Part shown: piece by piece, positions 23,248-32,311 of the stretch
Numbering within the stretch: position 1 is the first letter of the stretch
Layout of the letters: each line of letters begins with the position of its first letter
Source: Trueperaceae bacterium
GTDB taxonomy: Bacteria > Deinococcota > Deinococci > Deinococcales > Trueperaceae
Assembly (NCBI GenBank): GCA_034521815.1
Contig: JAXHLW010000013.1
Span: 448,001-512,000, forward strand
Length of the DNA stretch: 64,000 bases
Direction of reading: 5' to 3'
Translations under genes and position numbers: made by a program
The notes under the pieces: model-generated
Databases searched by the model: none
Seen by the model: only the letters and a program-made list of their open reading frames with translations
Told to the model about the DNA's origin: nothing

Positions 23248-24062
23248 GCCGAGCAGCGACGGACGGCTTGGCGACCGACGGATTTCGGTGGCGCAAGCCG
23301 CCGTTCATCGCGAACCCGGTGCTCCGCTACGGCATCTGGCTCCTCGCGGCCGCCTACCTGGTGTGGGCCGTGTCGTCGATCCCGATCGATCCGCAGCGGA
23401 TTCTGGCCGGCTTCCCTCGCGCGGCACAGATCTTCGGTGGCGCGATCCCGCCGGACTTCGCCCGCTGGGAGCTGCTTCTCTCGGGCTTCCTGGAGAGCAT
23501 CCAGATCGCCCTCATCGCGACCGCCGTCGGCGTCGTGCTCAGCGTCCCGCTGGCGATCCTCTCGGCTCGGAACGTCGTCCCCGTGCCCGTGTACCTCGTC
23601 GGCCGCGCCGTGGTGATCACCGCCCGCTCGTTCCATCCCGTGATCGTGGCGATCATCTTCGTCAAGGCGGTCGGGTTCGGAGCGCTGGCAGGCATCCTGA
23701 CGTTGATCCTGTACACGATCGGATTCGTGAGCAAGCTGCTGGCCGAGGCGATCGAAGAGATCGACTGGGGCCAGGTGGAAGCGATGCAGGCCGCGGGGGC
23801 GGACTACCTCAAGGTCCTCAGCTACGCGGTGGCGCCGCAGGTGATGCCGCGCCAGATCGGTCTGGCGCTCTACCAGCTGGACATCAACCTGCGCGCCTCG
23901 ACGGTGGTCGGGATCGTGGGCGCCGGAGGGATCGGCAGCACCCTGATGAACGCGTTCGGTCGCTACGACTACGACTACGCCTTCGCGATCCTGATCGCGA
24001 TCATCTCGCTGGTGTTCGCGACCGAGATCGTCAGCGGCCGCATCCGACGGGGGATCTCGTGA
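23244..24062 (+). CDS. phnE: phosphonate ABC permease
   Basis: KLLAEAIEEID, DINLRASTVVGIVGAGGIG. Confidence 0.92.
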   Translation: MSRAATDGLATDGFRWRKPPFIANPVLRYGIWLLAAAYLVWAVSSIPIDPQRILAGFPRAAQIFGGAIPPDFARWELLLSGFLESIQIALIATAVGVVLSVPLAILSARNVVPVPVYLVGRAVVITARSFHPVIVAIIFVKAVGFGALAGILTLILYTIGFVSKLLAEAIEEIDWGQVEAMQAAGADYLKVLSYAVAPQVMPRQIGLALYQLDINLRASTVVGIVGAGGIGSTLMNAFGRYDYDYAFAILIAIISLVFATEIVSGRIRRGIS

Positions 24063-24856
24063 ACGAACTCGCGCACTATCGCTGGACGCCCAAGTCCGTC
24101 GCGCAGCGCCTGGTCAGGTTCGCGGCCTGGCTGGTCGTCGTCGCGCTGCTCGTCTGGTCGGTCCAGGGTGTGGACATCTTCTGGCCGTGGGTGGTGGGCG
24201 CGCCGGCGCAGATCGCCGACCTGCTCGGTCGGATGTCGCCGCCCGACCCGTCGAACCTGGACCTGATCCTGGCCGCCATGATGCAGACGATCCACATCGC
24301 CACGTTGGCGACGCTGCTGGCCCTGGCGATGGCGCTGCCCGTCGCCTACCTGGCGGCCCAGAACACCAGCCCGAACGCCGCGACCTTGGCGCTGGGGCGC
24401 CTGATCGTCGTCTCGACGAGGTCGGTGAACACGATCATCTGGGCTCTGCTGTTCGTCGCCATCTTCGGTCCCGGTCCGCTGGCGGGCATCCTGGCGGTCG
24501 CGTTCCGCTCGATCGGCTTCCTGGGCAAGCTGATCGCCGAGGCGATCGAGGAGATCGACCGCCGTCCGGTCGAGGCGATGGAGGCGACCGGCGCGAACGA
24601 GGCCAAGGTGATCGCCTACGGGATCGTGCCGCAGGTGCTGCCGGCCTTCTTCGCGGTCAGCATCCTCCGTTGGGACATCAACATTCGCGAGTCGACGGTC
24701 CTGGGGCTGGTGGGCGCCGGTGGGATCGGACTGCTGCTTCAGGGCGCGATCGACACCTTCAAGTGGCGGGAGGTCTCGCTGATCCTGATCGCGATCCTCA
24801 CCGTCGTCGTGGCGGGCGAGCTGGTGTCGGGCTGGCTGCGCGACAAGGTCATCTGA
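24059..24856 (+). CDS. phnE: phosphonate ABC permease (second copy)
   Basis: KLIAEAIEEID, WDINIRESTVLGLVGAGGIG; GTGA overlap with the first copy. Confidence 0.92.
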   Translation: MNELAHYRWTPKSVAQRLVRFAAWLVVVALLVWSVQGVDIFWPWVVGAPAQIADLLGRMSPPDPSNLDLILAAMMQTIHIATLATLLALAMALPVAYLAAQNTSPNAATLALGRLIVVSTRSVNTIIWALLFVAIFGPGPLAGILAVAFRSIGFLGKLIAEAIEEIDRRPVEAMEATGANEAKVIAYGIVPQVLPAFFAVSILRWDINIRESTVLGLVGAGGIGLLLQGAIDTFKWREVSLILIAILTVVVAGELVSGWLRDKVI

Positions 24857-24870
24857 CGATCATCTGACGA
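24849..24870 (+). repeat. 11-nt duplication (TCATCTGACGA x2) spanning the phnE stop
   Basis: Perfect duplication containing TGA 24854-24856. Confidence 0.85.
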
Positions 24871-24871
24871 A

Positions 24872-24898
24872 AGGGGCCGCCCGCAATGGACGGCCCCT
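24872..24898 (-). terminator. terminator between convergent phnE and pilT
   Basis: Minus strand AGGGGCCGTCC-attgc-GGGCGGCCCCT, then TTC. Confidence 0.65.
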
Positions 24899-24910
24899 CG
24901 CAGCGCTCAT

Positions 24911-24952
24911 CGGTCGATGCTCTCCGGTCGACGCTCTCCGGTCGACGCTCTG
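24911..24952 (-). repeat. 14-nt tandem repeat x3 (CGGTCGACGCTCTC) just after the pilT stop
   Basis: Units at 24911, 24925 and 24939. Confidence 0.9.
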
Positions 24953-24955
24953 CCG

Positions 24956-26170
24956 TCAGCGGCCTCCGCGTCCGAACCCGCCACCCGGTCCGGGGCGTCC
25001 ACGCTCGGGCGCCGGTCGCGGGGGGGCCGCGGGGCTGGCTCCACGCGATTGCTGGTCGGCCGCCTGGGCGCTGCCCGCCAAACCGCCCGACTCGACGAGC
25101 CTGGCGAACTCCTTCGGATCGACGGCGCGCGAGATGCCCATCTCGTAGGTGATCTGCTTGCGGAGGTGCAGATCGGCCAGGCTGGCGTCCATCGTGATCA
25201 TGCCGATCTGACCGCCGGTCTGGATCGAGGAGAGGATCTGGTGGCTCTTGCCTTCGCGGATCATGTTGCGGACCGCGGGCGTCGCGATCAGGAACTCGTA
25301 CGCCAACGTCCGGCCACCGGTCGCCTTGGGCAGCAGCTGCTGCGTCAGGATCGCTTGCAGGTTGTTGGCGAGCTGGACGCGGACCTGGGCCTGCTGCGCT
25401 TCGGGGAACACGTCGATGATGCGATCGACCGCCTCGGGGGCGCTGTTCGTGTGCAGCGTGCCCATGACCAGGTGGCCCGTTTCCGCTGCGGTGACGGCGG
25501 CCCCGATCGTCTCGTGGTCGCGCATCTCGCCGACGAGGATCACGTCGGGCGCCTGGCGGAGCACGCTTCTCAGCGCAGCCTTGAAGTCGACGGTGTCCTC
25601 GCCGATCTCGCGCTGGTTCACGACCGAGGTCTTGTGGCGGTGGAAGAACTCGATCGGGTCCTCGACGGTGACGATGTGCTTCGGGTACTCCTCGTTGATC
25701 AGGTCGATCATCGTCGCGAGCGTCGTCGACTTGCCCGATCCGGTCGGTCCCGTGACCAGCACCATTCCACGGGGGAGGCGCGCGATGTCGGCGACCTCCT
25801 TGGGGAGACCGAGCTGATCGAAGCTGAGCACGTCCTCGCTGATGGTCCGCATCACCCCGCCGACCGACCCGCGCTGCTGGAAGCAGTTCACGCGGAACCG
25901 GCCCTGCCCGGAGAGGCTGAACGAGAAGTCGAGGTCCTTTCGTTCCTCGAAGTTCCGTTGCTTCTTCTCGTCCATGATCGAGTACATCAGCCGGCGCGTC
26001 ATGTTGGGCGTCAGCGTGTCGTGCTCGGTCGGCTTCCACTCGCCGTCGACCCTGAGCATCGGAGGGAGGCCGACGGTGAGCAACAGGTCGGACGCGTTGC
26101 GCTCCATCGCCATGCGAAGCAGGTCGACGATGTCCACCTGAAGTTGAGTCTGTCGGATCTGATCGGCCAT
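24956..26170 (-). CDS. pilT: type IV pilus retraction ATPase
   Basis: ASDLLL, GPTGSGKSTT, EDPIE, LRQAPDVILVGEMRD, AETGH, TLHTNS, NMIRE. Confidence 0.95.
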   Translation of the reverse strand: MADQIRQTQLQVDIVDLLRMAMERNASDLLLTVGLPPMLRVDGEWKPTEHDTLTPNMTRRLMYSIMDEKKQRNFEERKDLDFSFSLSGQGRFRVNCFQQRGSVGGVMRTISEDVLSFDQLGLPKEVADIARLPRGMVLVTGPTGSGKSTTLATMIDLINEEYPKHIVTVEDPIEFFHRHKTSVVNQREIGEDTVDFKAALRSVLRQAPDVILVGEMRDHETIGAAVTAAETGHLVMGTLHTNSAPEAVDRIIDVFPEAQQAQVRVQLANNLQAILTQQLLPKATGGRTLAYEFLIATPAVRNMIREGKSHQILSSIQTGGQIGMITMDASLADLHLRKQITYEMGISRAVDPKEFARLVESGGLAGSAQAADQQSRGASPAAPPRPAPERGRPGPGGGFGRGGR

Positions 26171-26201
26171 CGTGTCCTCCGAGCGCGCCGGCCCGTCCGC
26201 C

Positions 26202-28874
26202 TCAGTCGGCGGTGCGGGCCAGCACCTCCTCGAGCGTGGTGATTCCCTGGAACGCCTTGTGAATACCGTCCTGCCGTAGCGTCTTCATCCCTTTCTCGAC
26301 CGCCAGGTCGCGAAGCTCCAAGGCGGACGCCTCGCGAACGATCGCGCCCGAAATGTCGTCGTCGACCGCGAGGAGCTCGTGGATCCCGTAGCGGCCGTTG
26401 TAGCCCGAGCCGCCGCAGGTCTCGCAGCCCACGCCGCGGTAGAGCGTCTTGCCTTTCGTCTCGGCCTCGGACATGCCCAGGCGGCGCAGCACGTCGGGCT
26501 CGGGCGTGTACTCGACCCGGCAGTCGGTGCAGACCTTGCGGACGAGCCTCTGGGCCAGCACGCCGATCAGCGAGGCCGAGACGTTGAACGGCTCGATCCC
26601 CATCTCGGTCAACCGGGTGATCGCCCCCGCGGCGTCGTTCGTGTGGAGCGTGGCGATCAGCAGGTGGCCGGTCAGGGCGGCCTCCATCGAGATCTTGGCG
26701 GTCTCGTGGTCGCGGATCTCGCCGACCATGATGATGTCGGGATCCTGACGCAGGAAGGCCCGCAGCGCGCGGGCGAAGTCCAGACCGGCCTTGACGTTCA
26801 CCTGCGTCTGGTTGATGCCCGGAATCTCGTACTCGACCGGATCCTCGACGGTCGAGACGTTCGCCTCCGGGACGGCGATCCGCTTCAGGATGCTGAAGGT
26901 CGTGAACGACTTGCCCGAGCCGGTCGGACCGGTGATCAGGAACATGCCGTACGGCTTCTGGATCACGTCCTCGAAGGTTCGGAAGTTGTAGTCCGCCATG
27001 CCCAGCTGCTCGATCTCGGGGATCGAGGACGCCTTCTTCAGAAGGCGCATGACGGCCTTCTCGCCGTACACGGTGGGCAAGGTCGAGAGACGCAGGTCGA
27101 CCTCGGTGCTCTTGTCCTTGAAGCGGACGCGACCGTCCTGGGGCATGCGGCGCTCGGCGATGTTCAGTCCGCCCATGATCTTGATCCGCGCCGCCAACGC
27201 GCCGGCGGTGGCTTTGGGCATCGTCATGTACTCGCGCAGGGTGCCGTCCTTGCGGACGCGCACCACGACGTTCTCCGGCCGCGGCTCGATGTGGATGTCC
27301 GAGAAGTCGGCGAGGATCGCTTCGCGAATGATGTTGTTCACGACCTTCACCAGCGCGTTGTCGTCGATCGCGCTGGTGTCCTCTTCGGGCTGGTTCGCCG
27401 TCGACGAGCTGCCCACCTCCTCGAGGAGGGCCGTGGCCAGCTCGTCCATGTTCGCGTCGCTGCGGTAGAAGCGGTTCAGGAGGCGCGCCAGGGTCTCCTC
27501 GGTCGCCACGGCGGGCTGGATCTCCTTGCCGGTGATCAGGCGGATGTCGTCCAACGCGAAGACGTGCCGCGGGTCCTTCATCGCGACGACCAGGACCTCG
27601 TCCTCGAGCCTGATCGGCATCGCCTGGTAGCGGCGAGCGGTCGCCTCTGGCAACAGGCTCACCGCGTACGGATCGACCTTGGCGTGGTCGTCGTCGACGA
27701 ACTGGTAGCCCAGCTGCATCGCGAGGCTCTTGGCGAGCATCGTCGGGCTGAGCTTGCCCGACTGGACCAGGGTGTCCTCGAGCCGGCCCCCGCCCGAGCG
27801 CTGCTTGTTGAGCGCTTCGTCGATCTCCGCCTGCGTGACGTAGCCCATGTCCACGAGCAGCTCGCCGAGCGGCTTGACCTTGCCCAGCTTGGCCTGCTCG
27901 GCCAGCGCCCGGCGAAGCTGCTCGCGCTTGAGCTTCTTGCTCATCAGCAGCGTCTCGCCCAGCCGGCCCTTGTCGTCGGCGTACAGGGCCTCGATCAGAC
28001 GCTGCACCTCCGATTCGGTCGTCCCGACGAAGCGGATCGGTCCCTGCACGATCGCTTCCACGTCGGCGCGGCGCCGGGGGTCGGCGATCGCGACCACCAG
28101 CGTCTCGTCGTCGCGCTGGTAGGGAACCGCGCTGAACTGGACCGCGTCGAGGCGCAGCAGGGCGGAGGCGAGCTGACCGTCTTCGTGCGGATCGTCCAGG
28201 GGCGCGACGAACTCGAGGTCGGCCTGCCGAGCCAGCAGACGCGCCAGCGTGTCGTCGTCCAGCGCGCCTTGCTCGATCAGCTGTCGGCCCAGCAGCCCCC
28301 CGGTTCGCTTCTGCTCGCTGACGGCGGACTCCAGCTGGTCCGCCGTGATCAGGCCCTGCTCCAGGGCCAGCGCGCCCAGCCGCTGCCCGACGTCGGCGTC
28401 GACGTCCGGCGGTGGCTCGAGCCCCAGCTCGGGGTAGTAGGTGGCCAGCGCCCAGGCCAGCTCGTTGCGGAGCGCCTGGTACGGCTCGACCAGGCATTCC
28501 GAGGCGTCTTCGATCTCCTCGATCGCCAAGGCGTCCAGCGGATCGCGAAACGCCACGCGAAGCCGGTCGCCGTCCAACGCGAACGGCAGCGCGCCGATCT
28601 CCTCGGCCAGATCGCCCGGGACCTTGGCGAGCGCGTCCGCCAGGACGTCGACCCGTGGGAGATTCACGAGCGGAATGCCGATCGACTCCTCGACGGCGCG
28701 CGCGATGCGCTGCTCGCTGATCACGCCGATGTCCACCAGGACGTCCGCGAGGCGACCACCGACCGAGCCGTGCCGCTGGATCGCTTCTTGCAGCGCCTCG
28801 TCGGTCACGTAGCCGCGCTCCAGCAGAACGGCGCCCAGACGCTTGTCACCGATGGACAGGACGGCCACGGTCAC
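26202..28874 (-). CDS. pilB: type IV pilus assembly ATPase with three N-terminal GSPII/MshEN-like domains (Thermus PilF-type)
   Basis: Repeated RLGxxL..G motifs; SDIHIEP, ERRMPQDGR, GPTGSGKS, CxxC-CxxC zinc motif. Confidence 0.95.
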   Translation of the reverse strand: MTVAVLSIGDKRLGAVLLERGYVTDEALQEAIQRHGSVGGRLADVLVDIGVISEQRIARAVEESIGIPLVNLPRVDVLADALAKVPGDLAEEIGALPFALDGDRLRVAFRDPLDALAIEEIEDASECLVEPYQALRNELAWALATYYPELGLEPPPDVDADVGQRLGALALEQGLITADQLESAVSEQKRTGGLLGRQLIEQGALDDDTLARLLARQADLEFVAPLDDPHEDGQLASALLRLDAVQFSAVPYQRDDETLVVAIADPRRRADVEAIVQGPIRFVGTTESEVQRLIEALYADDKGRLGETLLMSKKLKREQLRRALAEQAKLGKVKPLGELLVDMGYVTQAEIDEALNKQRSGGGRLEDTLVQSGKLSPTMLAKSLAMQLGYQFVDDDHAKVDPYAVSLLPEATARRYQAMPIRLEDEVLVVAMKDPRHVFALDDIRLITGKEIQPAVATEETLARLLNRFYRSDANMDELATALLEEVGSSSTANQPEEDTSAIDDNALVKVVNNIIREAILADFSDIHIEPRPENVVVRVRKDGTLREYMTMPKATAGALAARIKIMGGLNIAERRMPQDGRVRFKDKSTEVDLRLSTLPTVYGEKAVMRLLKKASSIPEIEQLGMADYNFRTFEDVIQKPYGMFLITGPTGSGKSFTTFSILKRIAVPEANVSTVEDPVEYEIPGINQTQVNVKAGLDFARALRAFLRQDPDIIMVGEIRDHETAKISMEAALTGHLLIATLHTNDAAGAITRLTEMGIEPFNVSASLIGVLAQRLVRKVCTDCRVEYTPEPDVLRRLGMSEAETKGKTLYRGVGCETCGGSGYNGRYGIHELLAVDDDISGAIVREASALELRDLAVEKGMKTLRQDGIHKAFQGITTLEEVLARTAD

Positions 28875-29349
28875 CCCCCCTCAGCACGACCTGTTCGAGC
28901 CGGCGCAACAGCCGGGTGTGAGGCAGCCCGGCGTTCGACAACGGTGGAACGAGAATCGTGCGCAGTCCCGCGGCCCGTGCCCCGGCCACGTCGGTGAACA
29001 GCTGGTCGCCCACCATCGCGGCCTCGCGGGCGGGGACGCCGAGCTGCCGAAGGCCCGCACGGTAGGCGCCAGGCCACGGCTTTCCGGTCAGCCAGCGGCC
29101 CGGGACGCCGAGCTTCGCCGCCGTGAGGCGCACGCGTTCCGGCCGTCCGTTGGAGACGATCGCCAGGCGTATGCCGGCGTCCGTCAGCGACCGGGCCCAC
29201 GCGACCACCTGGGGCGTGGGCTCGGTCGCGGCGGCGGGAAGGAGCGTCTCGTCGAGATCGAGCAGCAGACCGCGCACGCCGTGCTCGGCGAGGTACGCGA
29301 GGCTGAGCTGCTCGACCCGATCGACGCGGAGGTCGGGGCGGAAGATCAC
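28846..29349 (-). CDS. YqeG-family HAD IIIA phosphatase
   Basis: LLDLDETL, VSNG, KP, VGDQLFTDVAGA; TACGAT-N6-GTG. Confidence 0.9.
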   Translation of the reverse strand: MIFRPDLRVDRVEQLSLAYLAEHGVRGLLLDLDETLLPAAATEPTPQVVAWARSLTDAGIRLAIVSNGRPERVRLTAAKLGVPGRWLTGKPWPGAYRAGLRQLGVPAREAAMVGDQLFTDVAGARAAGLRTILVPPLSNAGLPHTRLLRRLEQVVLRGGDRGRPVHR

Positions 29350-29393
29350 GACGCGATCGTAGCAGGGCCCAGGAGCGGGCGATGCGGAAGGTC

Positions 29394-30305
29394 TCACGTC
29401 CGCTCGCCGGCGTCAGGAGGCCGGTCGGGTGGCGACGGGGCGGGCCCGAGCGCCTCGAGCAGAAGCGGCACGAACGTCGCGGGATCGTCCAGCCAGGGGT
29501 AGTGCCCGCCTTCGACCATGCCGGTCGTCGCGTCCGGGAGACGCTCCAAGCCCGCCTCCGCCTGGTCGGGGAACGCGGTCCCGTCGCGCATCCCGAACAG
29601 GGCGACGACCGGCACGTCCACCTCGGGCAGGTCGTCCAGCACGGAGGCGTGCCAGACGTCGCGGGGCGCCTCGTTGCTTTGCGGTCCGTACTGTGCGACG
29701 GCGTCGGCATGCTCCAGCCGCATGCGCGTCGCCGGGTTCGGAAACTCGAGCGCGTCGAAGAGCTGCTTGGGCGGCAGCAGATCGTACGCCTGCTCGGAAA
29801 GCCGCTCCGGATCGAGCGCGTCCGCGTCCGCGAGCGCGCCCTCCGCCGGAAGCGCCTCGTCGGGGACGCCGGCGAGGTACGCCGCCCGTCGCTGCAAGGT
29901 GCGGGCCAGCAGCGGCATCGAGAACCACGGGTTGACGAGCACCAGGCGTTCGACCCGGTCCGGATGGCGACGGGCCGCACGGACCGCGACGAGCGCGCCG
30001 AAGCCGTGCGCGAGCAGCGTCGCGCGCTCCAGTCGGGTGGCTCGCAGGACGGTCGCGACGTCGTCGGCGAGATCGTCGAGATCGAACGCGCTGCCGGCGT
30101 AGCTACGGCCTCCGCCGCGCTGGTCGGCGTACACCATGCGGTACGCCTCGAGGTCGTCGCCCATCAGGTCACGGAAGCTGAACGAGCCGTAGCCCGGCCC
30201 CCCGTGGAGGTAGTACACGACCGGACCGTCCTGGGGACCGACCTGCTCGAGGTACAGATCGGCGTCCCGAGCCTGAATGGTGATCGGAGCATCGAGCCGG
30301 GTCAT
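29394..30305 (-). CDS. alpha/beta hydrolase (proline iminopeptidase-like)
   Basis: LHGGPG, DQRGGGRS and GGHYPWLD. The nucleophile elbow reads AHGFG, with no Ser. Confidence 0.82.
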   Translation of the reverse strand: MTRLDAPITIQARDADLYLEQVGPQDGPVVYYLHGGPGYGSFSFRDLMGDDLEAYRMVYADQRGGGRSYAGSAFDLDDLADDVATVLRATRLERATLLAHGFGALVAVRAARRHPDRVERLVLVNPWFSMPLLARTLQRRAAYLAGVPDEALPAEGALADADALDPERLSEQAYDLLPPKQLFDALEFPNPATRMRLEHADAVAQYGPQSNEAPRDVWHASVLDDLPEVDVPVVALFGMRDGTAFPDQAEAGLERLPDATTGMVEGGHYPWLDDPATFVPLLLEALGPAPSPPDRPPDAGERT

Positions 30306-30577
30306 GGGGCCGTTCCGCCGCCGGCCGTGGGCGTCCGGGCGGCCGGGTCGGCCGGGCCCGCGTCGACGAAGCGCCACACTCGCGCGTTCTCGATGTCGTC
30401 GTCGGTCAGCTGCGCAGGTCCGTCCACGACCAGCAGACGAAGGTCCGCCTGGTCGTGCGAGCGGAGCAGTCTCGACGCCGTACCTTCGCGCTCGAGGCGA
30501 GCTTGGAGGCGCGCCAAGGCGGTCTCGGCGCCAGGGCCGTCGCGTTCGACGAAGGTCACGTCCGGAGGGGAGTGCAT
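30302..30577 (-). CDS. hypothetical protein (91 aa)
   Basis: TACGCT-N7-ATG; ATGA overlap with the downstream hydrolase. Confidence 0.65.
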   Translation of the reverse strand: MHSPPDVTFVERDGPGAETALARLQARLEREGTASRLLRSHDQADLRLLVVDGPAQLTDDDIENARVWRFVDAGPADPAARTPTAGGGTAP

Positions 30578-30659
30578 GACGGTGAGCGTAGCCGTCCAGC
30601 GCGACCTCCGTGGTAACCTGGCCGCGCGCGGCGTAGCGAAGCCGAGCGAGGAGGCGGAG

Positions 30660-31151
30660 ATGGACGAGTCCAGTCGCGACCCGTACGCCCCCGGGCCCCG
30701 AGGAGCATCACGGGCGACCCCCAAAAGACCGCCTTCGCCGCACGGACGATCAGCCAACGGAATCAGACGGCGCGTGCTGGACGACCTCCGGCCGCTGGTC
30801 CGCGACGGTCGGTACCGGTTGGCCCGGCACGCCGTGCGGCACGCCGCGACGGAGGGGTTCACCGAGCGCGACATCGTGGCGACCGTGCTTCACGGACGGG
30901 AGCTGGTTCGCTACGTCGAGGACGAGCGTCTGCTGGTTCTCGGCTGGCTTCCGGTCAGTGCGGAGGTCAAGCTGCCGCTCCACGTCGTCCTGGAGTTCGC
31001 CAGGCCACGCTTCGTCGACGTCGTGACGGCGTTCATTCCTCGCGATCCGCATCGCCCGCTGTCGCGCTCGCGCCTCGCCGAGGTCCTGCGTTGGGACGGG
31101 CACGAGCCGTTCGCCGAGATGCACGGTCAGGACGCGAGCGGCAAACGGTAG
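30660..31151 (+). CDS. DUF4258-domain protein
   Basis: YRLARHAVRH..EGFTERDI...RLLVLG...PLHVV...VVTAFIP; GAGGAGG SD. Confidence 0.75.
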   Translation: MDESSRDPYAPGPRGASRATPKRPPSPHGRSANGIRRRVLDDLRPLVRDGRYRLARHAVRHAATEGFTERDIVATVLHGRELVRYVEDERLLVLGWLPVSAEVKLPLHVVLEFARPRFVDVVTAFIPRDPHRPLSRSRLAEVLRWDGHEPFAEMHGQDASGKR

Positions 31152-31894
31152 AACCGTCGGGCGTTCGCGTCCAGGATGCGCTCGAGCTCCCGCGCATCCT
31201 CCCCGCGGGTCTCGGCGAGCAGGCGTGCGGTGTGCGTCACCCAGCCCGGACGGTTGCGCTTGCCGCGATGCGGAACGGGCGCGAGGAACGGCGCGTCCGT
31301 TTCGACCAGCAGCCGCTCTGCTGGAACGGCCGCGGCCGCTTCGCGCAGGTTCGCTGCGCTCTTGTAGGTGAGGTTGCCCGCGAACGACACCATCCAGTCC
31401 AGCTCCAGGCCTGCGGCCAGCAGCCCCGGATCGCCACCGAAGCAGTGGAGGACCCCGGGGACGTCGGGCGCGTCGCGGAGCGCCTGCTCGGCGGCGCGCG
31501 ACGCCGCGTCGCCGCCCTGCCGGTCGCGGACGTGCAGCACCAGCGGCTTGCTGGTGGCCCGCGCGAGCTCGGCGTGCCAGTCGAACGCCCGCCGCTGCGT
31601 GTCGAGCGTCTCGTCGCGCCAGTGGTCGTCGAAGCCCGTCTCGCCGATGGCGACGACGCGTGGGTGGGTCGCGAGCGTGCCGATGGCGGCCCGAGCCTCG
31701 GGATCGTCGGTCAGAGAGGCGTCGTTGGGGTGCACGCCCACGACGGCGAACACCCGCTGGTCGGCCTCCGCGAGGCGTACCGCCTCGCGACACCGATCCG
31801 GATCGGTACCGACGGTGACGATGGCACGAAGGTCGTTGTCGAGCGCGGCCGCGAGGTCGTCGCAACGGTCGAGGTGGCAGTGCGTGTCGATCAC
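31127..31894 (-). CDS. tatD: TatD-family hydrolase/DNase
   Basis: IDTHCHL, GVHP, IGETG, LHVRD, LHCF, ETDAPFL; TAGGGT-N6-GTG. Confidence 0.94.
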   Translation of the reverse strand: MIDTHCHLDRCDDLAAALDNDLRAIVTVGTDPDRCREAVRLAEADQRVFAVVGVHPNDASLTDDPEARAAIGTLATHPRVVAIGETGFDDHWRDETLDTQRRAFDWHAELARATSKPLVLHVRDRQGGDAASRAAEQALRDAPDVPGVLHCFGGDPGLLAAGLELDWMVSFAGNLTYKSAANLREAAAAVPAERLLVETDAPFLAPVPHRGKRNRPGWVTHTARLLAETRGEDARELERILDANARRFYRLPLAS

Positions 31895-31996
31895 GCCCGC
31901 ACCCTAGCCGAGAACGAGGTGCCTGAACCGTTCACGCAGGCTATGTGAGAGTTGTGTAAGAATGGACGGCGTACCTTCAGGTCAGCGGACCCTCGT

Positions 31997-32024
31997 GCAG
32001 TGGACCCGAAGCAGTGGACCCGAA
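31997..32024 (+). repeat. 14-nt duplication (GCAGTGGACCCGAA x2)
   Basis: Perfect pair, plus a degenerate unit at 31982. Confidence 0.85.
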
Positions 32025-32059
32025 GGGCACGACGTTCCGCGGATCGCGAGGCTCCTTTG

Positions 32060-32242
32060 ATGACGACGCAGCCCCAACGTACGATCCCCGATCACGACCA
32101 CGTCCGGCGTGCGACCACCGAAGAGCTCGCCCGTACGATCGCCCGATGCGAAGGCGCGATCGCCGACGGCTCGGCCGAGATCGAGGACTACGAAGCGTTC
32201 GTTCTTTGCCAGAAGGAGCTCGCCCGCCGGACCTGGTCCTGA
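32060..32242 (+). CDS. small hypothetical protein (60 aa)
   Basis: MTTQPQRTIPDHDHVRRATTEELARTIARCEGAIADGSAEIEDYEAFVLCQKELARRTWS; GAGG SD; GC-ending codons. Confidence 0.65.
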   Translation: MTTQPQRTIPDHDHVRRATTEELARTIARCEGAIADGSAEIEDYEAFVLCQKELARRTWS

Positions 32243-32311
32243 CCGACGGTGCCGACCGAACGGTAGGCTCGGCGTTGGCGCCTGGCGGGTCGTCCGCGTA
32301 GGATGATCGCG

